A stretch of DNA of 64,000 bases. Origin: Chrysochromulina tobinii (Eukaryota). The notes under the pieces were generated by a model. It had not been told where the DNA came from. It saw only the letters and a list, made by a program, of their open reading frames with translations, and searched no databases. The position numbers and the translations under genes were made by a program. Positions 59,356-64,000 of the stretch are shown piece after piece. Position 1 is the stretch's first letter, and each line of letters begins with the position of its first letter. The DNA lies in NCBI GenBank assembly GCA_001275005.1, contig JWZX01003306.1, positions 1-64,000 on the forward strand, written 5' to 3'.

Positions 59356-60903
59356 TCATCGCTTGCTCTCGAGCCACACAGCGGCGGCGAGGTGTTCACA
59401 GCCCGAGATGCCGCTAGTCTGCACGCACGCGAGGATCGCATCGAAGGCGTCTCGCGAAGTCGAGCGCTCCTCAAAGTAGAGAACCCGCAACGAAGTTTCG
59501 TCCGTCGAGTCGACGACCGCAAAGCCATACTGGGAGCATCCCGACATGCCGTGTCCGCCCACCATGAAGCCCACCGCCTCGTGCTCGCCACGCTGCTGGA
59601 TTTGGTTGCAGTGCGTGTGGCCGTCGATGAACTTGAGACGATCGCCGAGCCCCCTGCACCCGTCGATCGAGCCGAGCAGCGCGCGCACGTCGGGCGTGTC
59701 CGCGCCGCTCTGGCAGCCGGAGCTCACATCGTTCCAATGGCCGAGCACGAAGATCGCGCGCGGCGGTGGCGCGACGGACCCGAAATAGGCGCATGCCTCG
59801 TTCAAGTGAGGCCTCAGGGTTTGGAGTGGCGCGGCGCCCGCATAGCCGACGAAGCCGAGGTCACCGATGGTGTGGAAGAAGAAGGAGTTGCGTACGTCGT
59901 TGTTGAAGCCGCCCCACTGCTTCATTACGTCGGGGCCGCCTGACTCGAAATGCATGAAGCCGTTTGGCGAGGTGAGCGCTGCGACGGTGTCTTGCGCATA
60001 GAATTGGGAAAAGCCCCACGCAAATTGGTCGGTGTAGTCGCTGGGCGGGCCGCCCCCCACCCAGATGTCGTGGTTGCCTGGCACGGTGAGTAGGTAGCGT
60101 CGCTTGAAGTCGATCGAGAGCCGATCCCAGATCGCTCGTGTGGGGCGGCCATCCTGGTCGTAAAAGTTGTCGCCGAGAACACCGAAGAAATCAACGTCGT
60201 CGTGCGCCGCGATCGCGTTGAGCATCAGATGTGTTCGGTTGTACACGTCCCACGACTCCGAAAACTCGCAGTCAATCCAGCGTTTCGAGAAGCAAGGGTC
60301 TGAGATGACGACGCCTCGTACCCCCGCACCCGGTGCGGGCAGCGACACGACCACATCATTGCCGCCCACACGCACTCTGTTCACGCCCACTTGGAGAGGC
60401 ACGATTGCCGACGATAGATGGTTCGTACCCAGCTTGACGTACGTCGCCTCGGCCGCACCGTCCGCCTGGAACGTGCACGCTGCGCCACTTAGCTCGCAAC
60501 GATGCGCCGCCGGGAACCATGTGTAGTGCTTGCACGCGCCATCGTGAGTGCACTTGAGCAGGCAGTCAGCGTCCCATGTGAGGGTCGACGTGTTGTACAC
60601 GGCCGCTCCGCAGCTGGTCGTTGCGACGCCCATGTCAAAGGCCCCCTCCCAGCGGAAGCGGAAGCTATCGTTGTAGCTTGAGCTCGGATGCAAGTGGCTG
60701 AGGTCGACCGGCCCATCGGTGCTGATTACCGAAATGCGCACGGAGTTGTACCCGGTGGGCCCCATGGCCTTGGCGACGCGAAAGTCGATGGGCGCGGCGG
60801 GTGGCTCCGCCCTCGAAAGCTCGCGCAGCCACGGCTCAAAGTAGCCGAGGCCGGGCTTGATGATGGAGGGGGCGCCGATGGAAAGAGCGTTCAGCGGTAG
60901 CAT
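59356..60903 (-). CDS. Calcineurin-like metallophosphoesterase with an N-terminal PAN/Apple-like domain
   Basis: VISDPC, LGDNFYDQ, VPGNHD, LGHW, IDGHTHCN; PAN-like CLLKCTHDGACKHYTW..RCEL; ATG at 60903. Confidence 0.85.
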   Translation of the reverse strand: MLPLNALSIGAPSIIKPGLGYFEPWLRELSRAEPPAAPIDFRVAKAMGPTGYNSVRISVISTDGPVDLSHLHPSSSYNDSFRFRWEGAFDMGVATTSCGAAVYNTSTLTWDADCLLKCTHDGACKHYTWFPAAHRCELSGAACTFQADGAAEATYVKLGTNHLSSAIVPLQVGVNRVRVGGNDVVVSLPAPGAGVRGVVISDPCFSKRWIDCEFSESWDVYNRTHLMLNAIAAHDDVDFFGVLGDNFYDQDGRPTRAIWDRLSIDFKRRYLLTVPGNHDIWVGGGPPSDYTDQFAWGFSQFYAQDTVAALTSPNGFMHFESGGPDVMKQWGGFNNDVRNSFFFHTIGDLGFVGYAGAAPLQTLRPHLNEACAYFGSVAPPPRAIFVLGHWNDVSSGCQSGADTPDVRALLGSIDGCRGLGDRLKFIDGHTHCNQIQQRGEHEAVGFMVGGHGMSGCSQYGFAVVDSTDETSLRVLYFEERSTSRDAFDAILACVQTSGISGCEHLAAAVWLESKR

Positions 60904-61372
60904 GACGAGGCGGAAGCACCGAGCTCTGCAACACGTGGTTTCGTCATTCGTTGTGCCCAGCACGGCGCCTTTTCTCAACGGGGGCGGATGCTGGCGTGCG
61001 CGAACATCCACAACATGCAAAACCTCGAGTACCGTACCATTGTTCGACGTCGAGAGAGACTTCGACTTAAACTTCCGGACTGGTTTATAGGACTGGTGTT
61101 CGACACCGGACGATGTTTGTCTCTTGACGCATGACGGGCGCTGCGTGATCCGTGATGTCAGATGTGCATGCATGGCCAGTACCGCCATAGGCCCCTCTGC
61201 AGGGGCGTACACGGAGTACTCGCTGTCGCCTGAGCACGAGCTCGGGTGGTACGCGTGACACAGGACATCAGGCACAGCCTTAAAACTTGAAGGGGTTCGG
61301 AGTTCATGATCAGTCGTCACTGGACACGGCACGCCCACACCCACTCATCACTGCCGCCTCGCCCGTGCCTTC

Positions 61373-63359
61373 TCAGCCGCCTCGTGCTCGTGCCATCGCC
61401 ATCATCACGCGCGCCGAGGCATTCGGGTACAGCCCGTCCACATAAATCCATTCCATCGCGCGTGCCGGTGAGAGCAGCTTGCAATCTGTAGCGGATGGCG
61501 CGAGTCGATCCGCGGCCAGCGACTCTGAATGCAGGTGCGAGCGTGGGCAGCAGTGTGCAGCAGTGTGCACGGCACACGGTCGAGGCGCACGGAATGCAAC
61601 CTCCCTCGCCTCGTCCATCCATACGAATAAACCTCGAAAATACGCGACGCTTCAGTTGGGGCCGAGGGGTAGGGGAGGGGTGGCTGGGCTTGCACGCGAG
61701 GGGGTTGGGCGCGGCGCGCGCGGCGCGCGCGCGCGCGCGCGCACAGTGATAGCCGACAGTCTCGAGATAGATCACGTCCCCAAGATTCTTATTCTCGGTC
61801 GCAAAGTAGGGTGCGGCCACATCGACCACGGGCCTCCCGCCATCGGAGCTCGGTGTGAACGTGAGCTCGTCATGAATCCAAGTGGGGCCTGTGATCCCGA
61901 TCGAGCTCCACGTGTCCTCGACAAGGCGCAGCGCCGTGCCTAGCGCCTCGAAGCGCGAGTGTGCCTCGGCTCCGGCGTGCTCGAGAGCCCATTGGTACGC
62001 CGCCGCGTTCACCGCGCGGCAAATGGACGCGTTCAGCCGGTCGGTGGTGTTGAAGGGCGACAGCTCTTCGGGCACTCCCGCCGACTGCCAGATCGACTGA
62101 CGAGATTTGAGCTTGGTGCGGAGCTCGCGCGCCGAGATCGGGTACAATCCCGTGTCCAGTTCGTCCAGACGGTCGAGAATGGGCATGGTGACGGTCGTGG
62201 TGAGCAGCTTGCACGGTTCGCCGGCGGTGCAGGCTGTGCCCGGAGGCGGCGTGAAGATATGGGGCAGGTGGAACGGTCGGGTGTCGGACACGTCGTGGAA
62301 TGCGTCCTTAGTGACGATGGACGCCGACTGCGCCGTGGGCGTGGGGGCAAGCTCAACGGCGCCCATGAGCCGTTGAGCCGTCTGCATCACCCACGCGCTG
62401 CCACACGTACAGTCCACGGGCGGCAGCGGATCGGGCGGCGGCTTGCGCGGGCCTAGCGACGTGTTCGGGAACATCGGGTACTCGCAATGCGGGTTGGTTG
62501 GGTAGTCACTGTCACAAGGCGTCCCGACGTGAGTCGAACCTTCAAGCTCAAGCGCCTCCACCAGAGGGGCCACAAGGCGAGCGGTGCTATTGTAGGCGTC
62601 GCTGAGCGCCTTCACCGCCGCCACCTGCGCCGCACCCGCTCCAAAGGAGGCCGTTATGAAGCTTGAGAGCGCCGTCGCGAGCGCCGCGTGCCCCACCGTC
62701 TCGTTGAGACTCGCCGAGAGGTCGTGAGCGCGCACAAAGGAGGGCGGTGGGCCGGAGGAGATGCTCCAGTGGTTCAGGCCGTCGAGCAGGATGAGGGGCT
62801 GCGGCGGCTCGGGCCTTTGGCCACCTGGGCTGCCCACCTGATGCCACCACGCCTCGGCCTGCCGCGTCACGCGCAGCAGCCCATCGAGCGTGCCATCGAG
62901 CGTGAGCACTGGCGCGCCGAATGGTGTGGTGCGGTACTTGCGCAGGACAGTGGCGCCGTATAAGACGAGGGCGTCGAATTCGCCCACATGCGACGTCACG
63001 TACTGCTGCGCCATCACACCGCCAAGCGAGTGCCCGAGAATCACGCTGCGATTGGCGGACATACCAGCTTTGACCATCTGCTCGGTCACATTCTTGATCT
63101 TGCTGCCGAACTGCAGCGGCTCGGGCGTGTCCGCCACAAATTCAGGCACGCCAACCCACACGGGTAGCGGTGACGCAGCCTGCACAGCCTCGGCAAACGG
63201 CCGGTAGCCGCCTGGAGGCGAAGACTCTCCCTGGATGAGAATCAAGCTGATGGTTGCGCCCTGCTTGCCTGCAGGTGGCTTCAGGGTGTACGAGTTGTCG
63301 CTGGATGCTGCGCTAACGAGTAGCAGGATGGCCGCCATCGGGACGTGGAAGTGACCCAT
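61373..63359 (-). CDS. Secreted alpha/beta hydrolase; GT-AG intron 61486-61744
   Basis: Signal MAAILLLVSAASS; ILGHSLGG, TLDGTLDGLLRVTR, GLNH; splice gives VGYHYCKLLSPARAMEWIYVDGL. Confidence 0.85.
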
Positions 63360-63655
63360 GACGCCTTGACCGAGTAGCGGCCGGACCGAGATCGCGTTCA
63401 CTACCGGTAACTAATTGCGAGCACGCTCTCGCCCAGGACGACGCGTTTGGTATAGGGGGTTTCTCACCCCCAAACGGCATATTTCTCTTCGATCTCTAAG
63501 CGGTCTGAAATCGACCTTGCTCCTTGGCGCAGACCTGCTAAGTGCGCGCTGCCTCGAGACTGCACCTCACACAGCGAGACAGCGTACAGTCGAGTATTCC
63601 TGTATTCGAGAGCCTCAAGTCAAAAGTGTAAGTAGCTACCGAGTAGAGCGCCGAG

Positions 63656-63976
63656 CTAGCCCGCAGCCAGCAAGCCCGCAAAGGTCTGGTACGCGCTCGA
63701 ATCTTCGCCCATCGAAAGGCGGGCGGCGGAGGCGCCCACCTTCGCCCAGGTGGCCGCGCCACGCGCCTCGCCCGCCTGCGCGAGCTGCACGACCGCTAGC
63801 AACCAGCCAGCCTTTCCTAGAATGAGAGGAACACCTTCCTCACGCATCAGCCGCAACTGCTCCTCGACTAGACCGACCACGCGCGCCGAGCAGCCCTCCA
63901 CCTCGAGCTGCCGATGGATCTCGACCAGCCGCGCGTGCCGCGCGTCGCTGCGCTCGAGTGCCATGCCTTCCAGCAT
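63656..63976 (-). CDS. Probable 3' exon of a gene extending beyond the window (helical C-terminal domain)
   Basis: Open frame RHARLVEIHRQLE..ATWAKVGASAARLSMGEDSSAY; 5' part is not in the window. Confidence 0.45.
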   Translation of the reverse strand: MLEGMALERSDARHARLVEIHRQLEVEGCSARVVGLVEEQLRLMREEGVPLILGKAGWLLAVVQLAQAGEARGAATWAKVGASAARLSMGEDSSAYQTFAGLLAAG

Positions 63977-64000
63977 GCAAGTGGAGCATGAGCATGTAAA

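Noticed and set aside
60904..61344. N-terminal extension of the metallophosphoesterase ORF, and its overlap with the hydrolase ORF
   Set aside because: The extension starts at a non-ATG codon and looks intergenic; the hydrolase ends at 61373 once intron 61486-61744 is removed.
54045..63359. Biosynthetic gene cluster (2OG oxygenase, sulfotransferase, JmjC, phosphoesterase, hydrolase)
   Set aside because: There is no scaffold synthase (PKS, NRPS or terpene cyclase), predicted compartments differ, and the JmjC protein looks like a housekeeping ribosomal oxygenase.

Overview
GC-rich, gene-dense, intron-poor eukaryotic nuclear DNA. It is most consistent with a haptophyte or similar alga with a complex plastid; this is inferred from signal-plus-transit presequences, an LCIB/theta-carbonic anhydrase, GT-AG and GC-AG spliceosomal introns and a probable ciliary coiled-coil gene. 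About 30 protein-coding genes are supportable. Recognisable ones are three SET-domain proteins, a fused MPC1-MPC2 pyruvate carrier, LCIB/theta-CA, a GT-B glycosyltransferase, serine carboxypeptidase S10, a Tudor/PHD/kinase protein, a NYN-LOTUS-SAP ribonuclease, a Tubby-like protein, an SLC17-type MFS transporter, SGF11, a TPK-type K+ channel abutting a CNBD channel, ATP synthase OSCP, two 2OG oxygenases, a sulfotransferase, a metallophosphoesterase and two alpha/beta hydrolases. I saw no rRNA, tRNA, CRISPR array or intact transposase. The most notable observations are: (1) a single-chain MPC1-MPC2 with a signal peptide and LRGG presequence, next to a probably thylakoid-lumen theta-CA; (2) a SET-domain protein with an N-terminal signal-like segment and C-terminal HDEL; (3) a signal-peptide NYN-LOTUS-SAP-LOTUS nuclease interrupted by a self-duplicated GC-AG intron; (4) two genes resembling bacterial or giant-virus families; (5) overlapping channel ORFs, one with a non-canonical pore filter; (6) several short dispersed elements sitting just upstream of start codons. 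All family assignments come from motif recognition by eye; no searches were run.
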